From Sandaracinaceae bacterium (GTDB lineage Bacteria > Myxococcota_A > Polyangia > Polyangiales > Sandaracinaceae), in contig JBGAQA010000051.1 in the NCBI GenBank assembly GCA_044220955.1, positions 1 to 46,392 on the forward strand: 46,392 nucleotides of DNA, given 5' to 3'. The notes under the pieces were generated by a model that was not told where the DNA came from, made no database searches, and saw only the letters and a program-made list of their open reading frames with translations. Made by a program: the position numbers and the translations under genes. Positions 6,459 to 16,712 of this stretch are shown here, piece after piece; the first letter of the stretch is position 1, and the number at the start of each line of letters is the position of its first letter.

Positions 6459-8537
6459 ATGACGTTCACCGAAGCCGCGGTGGAGATCCTGCGCCTGGCA
6501 GGCCGACCGCTTCACTACAAGAAGATCACCGAGCTCGCGATCGCTCGGAACCTGCTCTCGCACGTCGGGAAGGCTCCGGAGCTGACCATGAGCTCGCGCC
6601 TCGCGACGGCCGTGAAGGCCGAGCGCAACGAGACGCCCATCGTGAAGGTGAAGCCGGGCATCTTCGCTCTGCGCGACTTCACGAAGGAGATGCTCGCGCT
6701 GGCGGACGACGGCGAGGACATCGACGTCTCGCAGCTGGCCGAGGCGGTGGCGCCGGGGCCGGCCGCGGTGGACGAGGCGGGCGAGGCCGAATCCCACTCG
6801 GCGCCGAAGCCGAGGCTCCCGGGCGCCGACGTGTTCCCGGCCGAGGAAGACGATGATCAGCCCATCCTGGCGGGCCTCGACGAGGGCGAGGACGGGGGGG
6901 ACGAGGACGACAAGGACGACGGACGCCGTGGACGGCGCCGTCGTCGCCGGCGCGGCCGAGGCGGCGCCGAGGAGGCATCCGTGAGCGGAGAGAACGACGA
7001 AGCACGCCCCGAAGGCGAGAGTGGCGCCGTCGAGGCGCGGCCCGAAGGACCGGCGGCCGGCGGCGAGCGCGGCGAGCGGGATCGGGAACGGGAACGGGAT
7101 CGGGGCCGGGGTCGGGATCGCGGCCGGGATCGGGATCGAGACCGGGATCGAGACCGGGATCGAGACCGAGACCGGGATCGCGGCGATCGGGATCGGGCCG
7201 AGCGGCACGCGCGCGAACAGGGACGCGGGCGGCTGCCTGCCGCGGACCTCTCTCGCGAGCCCCAGGAGGGCGATCTGCTCGGTCGCGAGCTGTCGGACGC
7301 CGTGTTCCAGGTGATGACGAGCGGGGACGCCCAGCCGCAGACCTACGGCGCGATCGCCGGCGAGCTCGTCCGGCGCGGGCGCCTGTCCGGTGACGCCGCC
7401 GCGCTGGCGCCGACGGTGGCCGCCGCGGTCCGGGCCGACGCGCGCAGGATGCGCAGCGAGCGCGCGCGCTTCCGGCACGTGCCGGGGGGCGTGGCCCTGA
7501 CCGACTGGTACATGCCGCGGGACGCGGTCTTCCGCGAGCGCGACGCGATCCGCGCCGCCGAGCGCCAGCGCCACGAGGTGCGTCGCGCGTTCCTGCGCAA
7601 GATCGCCGAGCTGCCGTCCGCGGGATTCGCGGAGCTCATCGCGACGTGGCTCTCGGCCGAGGGAGTCGGCTCCCTGCGCGGCGTGCGTCGGCCGACGTCG
7701 AGCGCGCAGGAGATGCACTTCGCGGGCGTGCTGCGCCGCGGGGGCGAGGAGACGCGCCTGGCGATCCTGGTGCTGCGCGACCAGGGCGGGCGCGAGCTCG
7801 CCAAGGAGCGCGTCATCGAGATGCGCGGGTCGCTGCACCACTACGGTAGCGCGAGCCTCACGTGGATCATCTCCCTGGGGCCGGTGCCGCGCGCGACGCG
7901 CGACGAGGCGCAGGTCCCCGGCGCGACGCCGGTGGCCATCTACGACGGTCAGGGCCTCGCCGAGGCGATGGAGGCGCGACGCGTCGGCCTCGTCCCGGTG
8001 GAGCTCCCGATCTCGTCGATCGACATGGATCTGCTCGACTCGCTGCGCGGGCAGACCGAGATGCCGATGCGCGAGTGGTCGCGTGACGGGCGCGAGCGCG
8101 AGCCGCGCGAAGGGCGCGAGCCGCGAGAGCCGGCACCGCAGGCCGAGGGCGCTGCCGCCGCCGAGGGTGAGGCGAGCGCGCCGGAGGCGAGCGCGCCGGA
8201 CCGCAGCGGCGCGGACGCTGCGAGCCCGGAGGCGGGCCAGGGCCCAGCGGCGGAGGGCGAGGGTGGCCGCCGCCGCCGCCGCCGCCGCCGTCGACGGGGT
8301 GGCGCCGGCGCCGACGCCATGCCGCAGGGTGGCGAGGGCGCTGACGCTGGGGATCTCGAGGCGGAGCCCGAGAGCGAGGGCGACGGCGAGGAGCGCGAGG
8401 GCGTCGGGTCCGCCGAGGCGTCGGAGTCGGAGGGAGACGAGTCCGAGGGCGAAGCCACGGCGCAGGCGGATGCGAGCGCCGACGACGACCTCGACGAGAC
8501 GCCGCCGGCCGGCCCGCCCGGCGACGAAGACGAGTGA
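6459..8537 (+). CDS. HARE-HTH domain protein with degenerate Mrr-like restriction-endonuclease-fold domain and long charged disordered regions
   Basis: N-terminal 'MTFTEAAVEILRLAGRPLHYKKITELAI...GKAPELTMSSRL...PGIFAL' matches HARE-HTH. 'LRKIAELPSAGFAELIATWLSAEG...IYDGQGLAEAM' resembles Mrr_cat. Confidence 0.8.
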   Translation: MTFTEAAVEILRLAGRPLHYKKITELAIARNLLSHVGKAPELTMSSRLATAVKAERNETPIVKVKPGIFALRDFTKEMLALADDGEDIDVSQLAEAVAPGPAAVDEAGEAESHSAPKPRLPGADVFPAEEDDDQPILAGLDEGEDGGDEDDKDDGRRGRRRRRRRGRGGAEEASVSGENDEARPEGESGAVEARPEGPAAGGERGERDRERERDRGRGRDRGRDRDRDRDRDRDRDRDRDRGDRDRAERHAREQGRGRLPAADLSREPQEGDLLGRELSDAVFQVMTSGDAQPQTYGAIAGELVRRGRLSGDAAALAPTVAAAVRADARRMRSERARFRHVPGGVALTDWYMPRDAVFRERDAIRAAERQRHEVRRAFLRKIAELPSAGFAELIATWLSAEGVGSLRGVRRPTSSAQEMHFAGVLRRGGEETRLAILVLRDQGGRELAKERVIEMRGSLHHYGSASLTWIISLGPVPRATRDEAQVPGATPVAIYDGQGLAEAMEARRVGLVPVELPISSIDMDLLDSLRGQTEMPMREWSRDGREREPREGREPREPAPQAEGAAAAEGEASAPEASAPDRSGADAASPEAGQGPAAEGEGGRRRRRRRRRRGGAGADAMPQGGEGADAGDLEAEPESEGDGEEREGVGSAEASESEGDESEGEATAQADASADDDLDETPPAGPPGDEDE
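7075..7200 (+). repeat. RD/RE dipeptide-encoding repeat including (CGGGATCGAGAC)x3 at 7131-7166
   Basis: Translates as ERDRERERDRGRGRDRGRDRDRDRDRDRDRDRDRDRGDRDR. Confidence 0.9.
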
Positions 8538-8552
8538 GCGACCCATCGGCGC

Positions 8553-9953
8553 ATGACCGATCGACCGACGTGGCAGGCGCAGTGGCATGTCCTCGCGGAG
8601 AAGGAGCTCCGCGGCGCGCCGCTCGCGTCCCTCACGCCTGCCCGCCACGACGGCCTGCGCGTCGAGCCTGCGCTCGGCCCCGACGCCGTACGTGAGCAAG
8701 GGCTGGGCGACGCGCCCGCGGCACGACGCGCGCTGATCGTCACGGCGCGCCCGCGAGATCTCGCCCTCGCGGTGGACGGAGTCTGGTGGCGATCGCTCGA
8801 GGCCCCGCCCCCGGGCGCCGCCGTCGTGCTCCACGAGCGGCCGGGCGACCCGATCACCATCGAGGCGAGCGTCGACGGCACGTCGTGGCAGTCGGTGGTC
8901 GCGCTGACGGACGTCCACGAGAGCGGCGGCAGCGCCGTCACCGAGGTGGCCGTCGGCGTGGCCGCCGCGATCGAGATCGCGCGCCGCCGCGGGGGACCGC
9001 CGGCCGAGATCCGCCTCGCCGTCGCGGTGGGCCCGGAGGTCTTCGTCGAGATCGCGAAGCTGCGCGCGTTGCGGCGGCTGCTGCGGCGCACGCTGCGTAC
9101 GCTGGGCGTCGAGTCTGCGACGTGGATCGCGGCGCGCACGTCGGAGCGGGCGCGCGCCCGGCTCGACGCGCCCACGAACGTCGTCCGGGCGACGCTCGGG
9201 GTCGCGGCCGCGATGCTCGGCGGCGCCGACGTCGTCGGGGCCCTGCCGATGGACGAGAGCGCCACCGAGAGGAGCGCGCGGGTCGCGCGCAACACGCCGC
9301 TGATCCTCGCGCGGGAGTCCCACCTCGCCGCGGTGGACGATCCGGCCCGCGGCAGCTTCGAGATCGAGGATCTCACGGATCGGATCGCGCGTGATGCGTG
9401 GGAGCTCGTGCGCGAGATCGAGCGCGAGGGCGGGATCGTCGCCGCACGCTCGCGCGTGCGCGGATGGATCGATCGCGATGCCGCCGCGCGACGCGCGGCG
9501 ATCGCCTCTCGCAAGCTGCCGATCGTGGGCGTGAGCAAGCACCCGCGCGCCGGCGAGCCGGCGCCCGATGGCGATGCGAGCCCGGCGCGCGACGCCGCCC
9601 CGTTCGAGCGCGCGCGCGCCGGGGCCCCCGTCGCCGTCGAGCTCGTCGTGGTCGGCGCGCGGGAGGCCGTCGAGGCGCGCGTCGCCTTCGTGCGGGAGCT
9701 GCTGTCCGTCGGCGGCTTCGAGGACGTCCCCGCGGGACGAGGCCGGCTCGTCGTCGTCTGCGCGCCGGACTCGGCGTTCGAGACGGAGGTCCCGCGGGTC
9801 CTCGGTGCGCTCGCCGAGCGGAACGTGCCTGCGTTCGTCGCAGGCAAGCCCGGGCGATACGAGGCGGCGCTCCGCGCGGCGGGGGCGCGGGGGTTCGTCG
9901 CGCTCGGCGACGACGTCTTGGGCTTCTTCGCGGCGCTGCGGGGTGCCGCATGA
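8553..9953 (+). CDS. mutA: Methylmalonyl-CoA mutase small (non-catalytic) subunit, compact
   Basis: '[11 protein letters not shown]', '[11 protein letters not shown]', 'NVVRAT', '[12 protein letters not shown]...DPARGS'. No DxHxxG. ATGA overlap with mutB. Confidence 0.8.
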   Translation: MTDRPTWQAQWHVLAEKELRGAPLASLTPARHDGLRVEPALGPDAVREQGLGDAPAARRALIVTARPRDLALAVDGVWWRSLEAPPPGAAVVLHERPGDPITIEASVDGTSWQSVVALTDVHESGGSAVTEVAVGVAAAIEIARRRGGPPAEIRLAVAVGPEVFVEIAKLRALRRLLRRTLRTLGVESATWIAARTSERARARLDAPTNVVRATLGVAAAMLGGADVVGALPMDESATERSARVARNTPLILARESHLAAVDDPARGSFEIEDLTDRIARDAWELVREIEREGGIVAARSRVRGWIDRDAAARRAAIASRKLPIVGVSKHPRAGEPAPDGDASPARDAAPFERARAGAPVAVELVVVGAREAVEARVAFVRELLSVGGFEDVPAGRGRLVVVCAPDSAFETEVPRVLGALAERNVPAFVAGKPGRYEAALRAAGARGFVALGDDVLGFFAALRGAA

Positions 9954-12064
9954 CGCGCGAGCTCACTGCCCTCGGCTACGACGAGCTCGCCCGCGACGTG
10001 CTGCCCGGAGACCCGGCCGAGGCGCGCCGTACCGCGGAGGGAATCCCCCTCGCGACGCGCTACGAGCGCTCACCCGCGCAGGACGAGCTCCCGGGCGCGG
10101 CCCCCTACACGCGCGGCCCGTACGCGACGATGTACGTCCGGCGTCCCTGGACGATCCGTCAGTACGCGGGCTTCTCGACGGCCGAGGCGTCGAACGCGTT
10201 CTATCGGCAGAACCTGGCGGCGGGCCAGACGGGGCTCTCGGTGGCGTTCGATCTCGCGACCCACCGCGGCTACGACAGCGACCACCCGCGCGTGGTCTCG
10301 GACGTCGGCATGGCCGGCGTCGCGATCGACTCGATCCTCGACATGCGCATCCTCTTCGACGGCATCCCGCTCGATCGCACGAGCGTGTCGATGACGATGA
10401 ACGGTGCCGTGCTCCCGATCCTCGCCCTCTTCGTGGTCGCCGCGGAGGAGCAGGGCGTGCCCATGGAGAGGCTCGAGGGGACCATCCAGAACGACATCCT
10501 CAAGGAGTTCATGGTCCGCAACACCTACATCTTCCCGCCGGCGCCCAGCATGCGGATCGTGGGCGACATCTTCGAGCTCACCGCGCGACGGATGCCGCGG
10601 TGGAACAGCATCTCGGTCAGCGGCTACCACATGCAGGAGGCTGGCGCGTCGGCCGATCTCGAGCTCGGCTACACGCTCGCCGACGGACTCGAGTACCTGC
10701 GCGCGGGCGTCGCGAAGGGGCTCGGCGTGGACGCGTTCGCGCCGCGCATCTCGTTCTTCTTCGCGATGGGCATGGACTTCTTCGTCGAGGTCGCGAAGCT
10801 GCGGGCCGCGCGCCGGCTCTGGTCGGAGATCGTGTCGCGCTTCGCGCCGCAGGATCCTCGCTCGCGCATGCTGCGCACGCACTGCCAGACCAGCGGGTGG
10901 AGCCTGACGGCGCAGGATCCGTGGAACAACGTCGTCCGGACCTGCGTGGAGGCGATGGCGGCGACGAGCGGCGGCACGCAGTCGCTGCACACGAACTCGC
11001 TCGACGAGGCCATCGCGCTGCCGACCGAGGGCTCGGCTCGCATCGCGCGGAACACCCAGCTCGTGCTCGCGCTCGAGAGCGGCACGACGGCGCTCGTCGA
11101 CCCATGGGGTGGCTCGCACCTGGTCGAGACGCTCACGGACGAGCTCGCCGCCCGCGCGCGCGCCCACATCGACGAGATCGAGAAGATGGGCGGGATGACG
11201 AAGGCCATCGAGGCCGGTCTCCCGAAGCTGCGGATCGAGGAGTCGGCGGCGCGGACGCAGGCGCGCATCGACTCGGGGGCGCAGCCCATCGTCGGGGTGA
11301 ACTGCATGCGCCCCGTCCACGACGAGCCGATCGACGTGCTCAAGATCGACAACCGTGCGGTGCGCGAGGCGCAGCTCGGTCGGTTGGCGCAGCTCAAGGC
11401 GAGCCGGGACGGCGCGAAGGTGCTCGGCACCCTCGAGGCGCTGACGGCTTGCGCGCGCTCGGGCGCCGGGAACCTGCTCGCGCTCTCCATCGACGCCGCG
11501 CGCGCCGGGGCCACGGTGGGGGAGATGACCGGAGCGCTCGAGGTGGTCTTCGGCCGCTACGAGGCGGAGGCCCGGAGCCTTCGCGGCGTGTACGCTTCGA
11601 GCGTGGGCGCCCCGACCGAGCGCATCGAGGCCGTGCGGACCCGGACCGACGCCTTCGCCGCGCGCGAGGGCCGTCGCCCGCGAATCCTCGTCGCGAAGAT
11701 GGGACAGGACGGCCACGACCGGGGCCAGAAGGTGATCGCGTCGGCGTTCGCCGACCTCGGCTTCGACGTCGACGTCGGCCCCCTCTTCCAGACGCCCGAA
11801 GAGACGGCGCGACAGGCGGTGGAGAACGACGTGCACGTCGTGGGCGTCAGCTCGCTCGCGGCCGGGCACCTGACCCTCGTCCCCGCCCTGAAGAGCGCGC
11901 TCCTCGCGCTCGGGCGGCCCGACGTCTTGATCGCCGTCGGCGGTGTCATCCCCGCGAGCGACCACGACGCGCTGCGCGGCTCCGGCGCCGCGGCCATCTT
12001 CGGCCCGGGGACCGTGATCCCCGATGCCGCCGACGTGCTGCTCGACCGTCTCGAGCGCGCGTGA
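9950..12064 (+). CDS. scpA: Methylmalonyl-CoA mutase catalytic subunit
   Basis: [36 protein letters not shown]12-binding '[10 protein letters not shown]'. Confidence 0.97.
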   Translation: MTRELTALGYDELARDVLPGDPAEARRTAEGIPLATRYERSPAQDELPGAAPYTRGPYATMYVRRPWTIRQYAGFSTAEASNAFYRQNLAAGQTGLSVAFDLATHRGYDSDHPRVVSDVGMAGVAIDSILDMRILFDGIPLDRTSVSMTMNGAVLPILALFVVAAEEQGVPMERLEGTIQNDILKEFMVRNTYIFPPAPSMRIVGDIFELTARRMPRWNSISVSGYHMQEAGASADLELGYTLADGLEYLRAGVAKGLGVDAFAPRISFFFAMGMDFFVEVAKLRAARRLWSEIVSRFAPQDPRSRMLRTHCQTSGWSLTAQDPWNNVVRTCVEAMAATSGGTQSLHTNSLDEAIALPTEGSARIARNTQLVLALESGTTALVDPWGGSHLVETLTDELAARARAHIDEIEKMGGMTKAIEAGLPKLRIEESAARTQARIDSGAQPIVGVNCMRPVHDEPIDVLKIDNRAVREAQLGRLAQLKASRDGAKVLGTLEALTACARSGAGNLLALSIDAARAGATVGEMTGALEVVFGRYEAEARSLRGVYASSVGAPTERIEAVRTRTDAFAAREGRRPRILVAKMGQDGHDRGQKVIASAFADLGFDVDVGPLFQTPEETARQAVENDVHVVGVSSLAAGHLTLVPALKSALLALGRPDVLIAVGGVIPASDHDALRGSGAAAIFGPGTVIPDAADVLLDRLERA

Positions 12065-12077
12065 GGGCCGGGGCGCA

Positions 12078-13046
12078 GTGACGCGCGCGCGCGACATCGC
12101 GACGAGCGAGCTGGTGCGCGGGGTGACGAACGCCGACCGAACCGCGCTCGGACGGGCGCTCACGCTCGTCGAGAGCGCGGCGCCCGAGGATCACGAGCCC
12201 GCGGCGAGGCTGCTCGCCGCGCTCCCCACGCGCGCCGCGCCGCGCGTCGCGCTGACCGGCGCGCCGGGGGCCGGCAAGAGCACGTTCCTGGAGGCGCTCG
12301 GGCTGCACGTGCTGCACGCCGGTGGGCGCATCGGCGTGCTGGCCATCGACCCGTCGAGCCGCCGCAGCCACGGCAGCATCCTGGGCGACAAGACGCGCAT
12401 GAGCGTGCTCGCGCGGGACGAGCGTGCGTTCATCCGGCCCACGCCGAGCAGCGGGGCGCTGGGCGGCGTGGCTCCGGGGACCCGCGAGGACATCCGAGTG
12501 CTCGAGGCCGCGGCCTTCGATCTCGTCGTCGTCGAGACGGTCGGCGTCGGGCAGTCGGAGCTCGAGGCGGCGAGCCTCGTCGACACGCTCGTGTGGATCA
12601 CCGGCCCCTCGAGCGGCGACGAGCTCCAGGGGATCAAGCGCGGCCTCGTCGAGGCGGTGCACGTCGTCGTGGTCAACAAGGCCGATGGTGAGCGCGTCCA
12701 GGCCGCCCATCGCACCAAGGCCGAGATCGAGGCGGCGCTGCGCTACCTGCCCGCCGCCACGCAGGGCTGGAGCGTGCCGGTGCTGCTCGCGAGCGCACTC
12801 GAGGGGCGCGGGATCGCAGAGGCCTACGAGGCCGTCCGCGCGCACCACACGCACCTCGCCGAGCGCGGGCTGCTCGAAGCGCGTCGCAGGGAGCAGAGCG
12901 TGGAGGCGTTCCACCGCGCCCTCGAGCGGGCGCTGGCGGCGTCCTTGACGCACCGGCCCGAGCTGGCCGACCTCGAGCGAGCGGTGGGGCAGGGCGCGCT
13001 CTCGGTCCACGCGGCGGTCGCGCGCGCGCTCGCCCTGCGCGGGTGA
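12078..13046 (+). CDS. meaB: Methylmalonyl-CoA mutase-associated GTPase
   Basis: TGAPGAGKST, IDPSS...GDKTRM, ETVGVGQSE, NKAD. Confidence 0.95.
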   Translation: MTRARDIATSELVRGVTNADRTALGRALTLVESAAPEDHEPAARLLAALPTRAAPRVALTGAPGAGKSTFLEALGLHVLHAGGRIGVLAIDPSSRRSHGSILGDKTRMSVLARDERAFIRPTPSSGALGGVAPGTREDIRVLEAAAFDLVVVETVGVGQSELEAASLVDTLVWITGPSSGDELQGIKRGLVEAVHVVVVNKADGERVQAAHRTKAEIEAALRYLPAATQGWSVPVLLASALEGRGIAEAYEAVRAHHTHLAERGLLEARRREQSVEAFHRALERALAASLTHRPELADLERAVGQGALSVHAAVARALALRG

Positions 13047-13074
13047 GAGCGAGCCCCGAGCGCCGGCGACGCGA

Positions 13075-14853
13075 TCAGTCCTTGCCCGCGGAGATGATCC
13101 GCACGAACGCATCGCCCACGGTCTGGCACAGGACCTCGATGCGGTGGGCGCCGAGTGGCCCCGGGCGGAGGTCGTCGACACAGAGCATCCCGACCACCTT
13201 TCCGGCGACGACGACCGGCTGCACCATCAGGTCCCCGCCGCGTGATCCGACGGCCGCGCGGAAGAGGCCGTCGGCCACGCTCGTTCCGTAGGGCCCGACG
13301 CTGCCGCTCTTGGTCTCGAGGACCTTCTTGAAGGTCGATGCGCTCGAGGTCGGGATCCACAGGTTGCGGACCGAGTCGCGCCGGACGCCCGGGCCGGCGC
13401 CGTCCCAGCCCTTGAGCACCCCCTTGCGCAGCGCGAAGAACACTGCCGCGCGGGCCACGCTCGTCGCGCCCTCGCACGCCAGCCGGACCACGTCGTCGCG
13501 GTCCTTGGCGCCCCGCATGGCCGCGACGATCTGTCCGATGTCTCCCGGCGCCGCCTTGATCGTCGGGAGGTCCGCCGTCGCACGCGACGAGAGCTTGTTG
13601 GCAGGCTCGCGGGAGGGGGCTGCGATCGGCGGGGCCGGCGGCTGGCTCGGAAGGTCCCAGCGCTCGTCGGCGCCCATCGGGGCAGTCGCGGCCGACACCT
13701 GCGTCTTGGGCGGCGTCGCGGGCTCGGCGGGTGCGGGAGCGGAAGCCTCGGCCTGAGGTGGAGGAGCAGCAGCAGTGGAAGGCGAGGCAGCAGGGGTGGA
13801 GGACGAGGCAGCACGAGCGGCAGAGGCCACGGCGGCTGTATCGGTCGTGAGCGTCTCGGCGGCCGGTCGGCCGGGATCGCTGACGCGCTCGGCGAGATCG
13901 GCGAGCGCGCCCTCGAGGCTCGTCGCCGGCATCGGCGGTCGCGACGCCGTGGTGGCTGGCGCAGCGGCCGCGGATGCCGCCGGCGTGGCCGCAGAGGCGG
14001 GGGATCCGGCGACGTGGATGGCCTGCGCGCTGCCAGCGTCGGGGGAGATGGCGGGCATGAGCGGCTGCGTGTTCGAGCGCCGCGGCTCCCCGCGCGCCCA
14101 AGGACCGGCGCCCCGGAGCGTGGTGCGCCCCGCGCCGCTGGCCTCGGGGCGCGAGAAGGTCTTGGTCACCAGCGTCGCCTCGGTCGCGCTCGCCGGCGGC
14201 TCGGAGGGTGGCGGCGGAGCCGCGGGCGCGACGCTCGGCTTCTGACGCACCAGAGGCATCGCGACCTCGTCGTCCGAGAGCGCCAGCCGCGGCCCGAGCT
14301 TGGCCTCCTTGGTGCCGTCCGGAGCCCGGAAGCCGGCGTCGAACCCGCGCGGCGTCGTGCTCGGGCGCCGGCGCGTGAGCTCGAGGATCGGGGGCTCGGA
14401 CGGGGCCTGTCGCGAGGCCTCGACTGGGGCCTCCGGGTGCAGCGCGCGGACGCGGCGCTCGATCTCGCTGGGCCGCGCGACGGTCGCCAGCACACGCGAG
14501 CCGAGCACCCGCGCGAGCTCACGGACGATGTGCGCGTCGGAGGGGGCCGCCATCGCGACCACCACGCCGTCCGTGACGGCGCGAAGGGGCAGCGCCAGGA
14601 AGTCGATCGCCATCGCGCTCGGCACGCGCGCGGCCCAGGCCGGCTCGGCGCGGTCGAGGTCACTCCACTCGAGCAGAGGCCCGAAGCCCTCCGAGAGGAA
14701 GAACCCCGCGAGCGCGTCCTCGGGCAGACCGCGCCGCACGAGCGAGCGCACCAGCGCCGCGTCGTGGGGCGGAGCGCTCGCGACGATCTCGGCGAGGTCC
14801 GCTCGGGTCACGAGCCCCGCTCGCGTCAGGCGCCCACCGAGGTCATCCGGCAT
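13075..14853 (-). CDS. MshEN/GspE-N-terminal domain protein with Pro/Ala-rich linker and GAF-like C-terminus
   Basis: 'LGGRLTRAGLVTRADL' and 'ALPLR...VVVAMAAP' (T2SSE_N). C-terminal 'PVVVAGKVVGMLCVD' is GAF-like. No ATPase domain. Confidence 0.7.
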   Translation of the reverse strand: MPDDLGGRLTRAGLVTRADLAEIVASAPPHDAALVRSLVRRGLPEDALAGFFLSEGFGPLLEWSDLDRAEPAWAARVPSAMAIDFLALPLRAVTDGVVVAMAAPSDAHIVRELARVLGSRVLATVARPSEIERRVRALHPEAPVEASRQAPSEPPILELTRRRPSTTPRGFDAGFRAPDGTKEAKLGPRLALSDDEVAMPLVRQKPSVAPAAPPPPSEPPASATEATLVTKTFSRPEASGAGRTTLRGAGPWARGEPRRSNTQPLMPAISPDAGSAQAIHVAGSPASAATPAASAAAAPATTASRPPMPATSLEGALADLAERVSDPGRPAAETLTTDTAAVASAARAASSSTPAASPSTAAAPPPQAEASAPAPAEPATPPKTQVSAATAPMGADERWDLPSQPPAPPIAAPSREPANKLSSRATADLPTIKAAPGDIGQIVAAMRGAKDRDDVVRLACEGATSVARAAVFFALRKGVLKGWDGAGPGVRRDSVRNLWIPTSSASTFKKVLETKSGSVGPYGTSVADGLFRAAVGSRGGDLMVQPVVVAGKVVGMLCVDDLRPGPLGAHRIEVLCQTVGDAFVRIISAGKD

Positions 14854-14957
14854 GGAAGCGAGAGGGTGCATCGACGGGGGTGGTCGCGGTCAAGAGCCGA
14901 GCGCGGCGGCCGCGAGAGACGTGATCAACCCTGAGCGGCTCACGCCCCCCGGATCGC

Positions 14958-16586
14958 TCAGTCGCCGTAGCCGCACTCCGTGACCAGGGACGGCGGCAGG
15001 TGGTAGCCGCCGAGCGGGACGGGCTCCCAGCTCCCCTCCGCGAAGCGCTCGCGGGCGCGCTCGCCAAGCGCCTGCTCGAACCGTGCCCGCGCGTCGTCGC
15101 ACGATCCCTCGGCCGCCAGGAGCTCGGCGTCGAGCTCGAGCGCGTCGCTCTCGGCCACCCCGAGGCGGCGGGCGGCGGCGAGCCGCGCGGCGGCGAGCCC
15201 CGCGTCTCTCTCTCTCGCCGACGACCAGCCGAGCGCGAGCGTCGCGCGGGCATCCCAGGGATCGATCCGCAAGCGCCAGCTGGCCGCGCGCGCGCCCACG
15301 AAGCTCTCGGCGCCCGGCTCGATCCGAGTCCCCACGTCCGCGAGCGCGGGCAGGCCCACGAGCCCGAGCGCGATCAGCAGGCCCGCGCTCACGCCGGCCG
15401 CGCGCGGCGGCGGCGCCGGACGAGGGCCGGGGTCACGTCCGCAAGCGCACACGCGATCGTAGAGCTCCGGGTGCAGGCGCGCGTGCTTGCGCCCGCTCAC
15501 GAGCGGCGCGCGCGCATCCCCTGCGAGGGCCAGGAGCGCGTCCGCCAGGGCGTCCGCCGACACGTTCCGGCGCGCGTGCGCGTCGGCGCGCTCCTCCATC
15601 CGCCGCGCGAGGGCGAGCAGTGCCACCACGAGCGGCAGTGCCGCCGCGAAGGTCGCCGCGAGCAGGGTCCCGCTGCTCCCCGGCGCGATCGCCTCCGCGA
15701 GCCTCGCCCCGCTGGTGCTCGCGAAGAGCACCAGCGACACGACACCCAGCCGGCACGCAGCCACCCAGCCGGGCTCGCTCAGGTGGGCGGCCTCGTGCGC
15801 GAGCACCGCCTCCAGCTCCGGCTCGGCGAGGAGCTTCACGATGTGGTCGGTCACCACCATCGTGCGGGCCCAGGGCAGCGCGGCCGCGTTGGCGAGGCGC
15901 ACGCCGTGGGTCGGCAAGCGGAGCACGGCGATGCCGCGGATCCCTTCCCGGTCGGCAGCCCGGCGCGCGAGCGCGCGCACCGCGGGCGAGGCGGGGCGGA
16001 GCGCGAGCGTGGCGACCGAGAGCACGAGGCCCGCGAACGCGACGCCGACGATCGTCAGCAGGATCGCCAGCACGACGTACGCTGGGTCGATCTCTCCGGC
16101 GGCGCCCACCATCGGGAGCATCGATGCGCCGCTCGCCGCGAGCACGGGCCCGGTGAGCCAGGGGATGACCCGGAGCCGAAGGGCGATCTGCGCGAGGGCC
16201 CCCGGACGATGCCCCGCTGCGGGTGTCGGCGGCAGGCGCGCACCCGACGCCTCGACGGCGCGCGCGGGCCCGCCCATCGCGAAGGTGACGACGGCGGTGA
16301 GGGCGGCGAAGGCGGCGGACGCCGGCGCGTCGGGCGCGTCGACGAGCGCAGGGCCCAGCGCCGTCGCGCCGAGCGTCCATGCGAGCTGCACCTGCACGAC
16401 GCCGACGACGAGCGCGCCGGTCCGGAACGGCGCGAGGGCGCGCGCGGCCTCGCCCGCGCCCTCGGGCAGTCGCTCCGGAAGGGTCAGGGCCGCCAGCACG
16501 CGGGCGGACGCGAAGGGGATCAGGGCGGCGACGACGAGCGTGACCAGCGGACGGCCCCAGACCTCCTCGATCGCCCAGACAGGCAC
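14958..16586 (-). CDS. M48-family membrane zinc metalloprotease with helical (TPR-like) C-terminus
   Basis: Multiple TM segments, ANAAA, VLAHEAAH, EERAD, HP...R. Start estimated at GTG 16586. Confidence 0.8.
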   Translation of the reverse strand: MPVWAIEEVWGRPLVTLVVAALIPFASARVLAALTLPERLPEGAGEAARALAPFRTGALVVGVVQVQLAWTLGATALGPALVDAPDAPASAAFAALTAVVTFAMGGPARAVEASGARLPPTPAAGHRPGALAQIALRLRVIPWLTGPVLAASGASMLPMVGAAGEIDPAYVVLAILLTIVGVAFAGLVLSVATLALRPASPAVRALARRAADREGIRGIAVLRLPTHGVRLANAAALPWARTMVVTDHIVKLLAEPELEAVLAHEAAHLSEPGWVAACRLGVVSLVLFASTSGARLAEAIAPGSSGTLLAATFAAALPLVVALLALARRMEERADAHARRNVSADALADALLALAGDARAPLVSGRKHARLHPELYDRVCACGRDPGPRPAPPPRAAGVSAGLLIALGLVGLPALADVGTRIEPGAESFVGARAASWRLRIDPWDARATLALGWSSARERDAGLAAARLAAARRLGVAESDALELDAELLAAEGSCDDARARFEQALGERARERFAEGSWEPVPLGGYHLPPSLVTECGYGD

Positions 16587-16712
16587 GGACCGACTCGTAG
16601 CCCGGCGATCGCGCCCGCGCCGCTCGAATGCGCGCTCGCGCGCCGGCAACGATCGTCGCGGACGGGCGCGGTTTGCCGTGCAACGCACCCCCTGGTAGCA
16701 AGAACGACATCC

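Noticed and set aside
6459..8537. Active type IV restriction or defence system
   Set aside because: Catalytic residues are not evident, and there are no methylase or defence neighbours.
5484..9542. Very long alternative ORFs (this 1352-aa one, also 23297-27043, 33041-36697, 33181-36840, 15000-16712 and others)
   Set aside because: Arg/Ala/Gly/Pro-rich shadow frames antisense or out of frame to recognisable genes. Expected from stop-codon scarcity at high GC.
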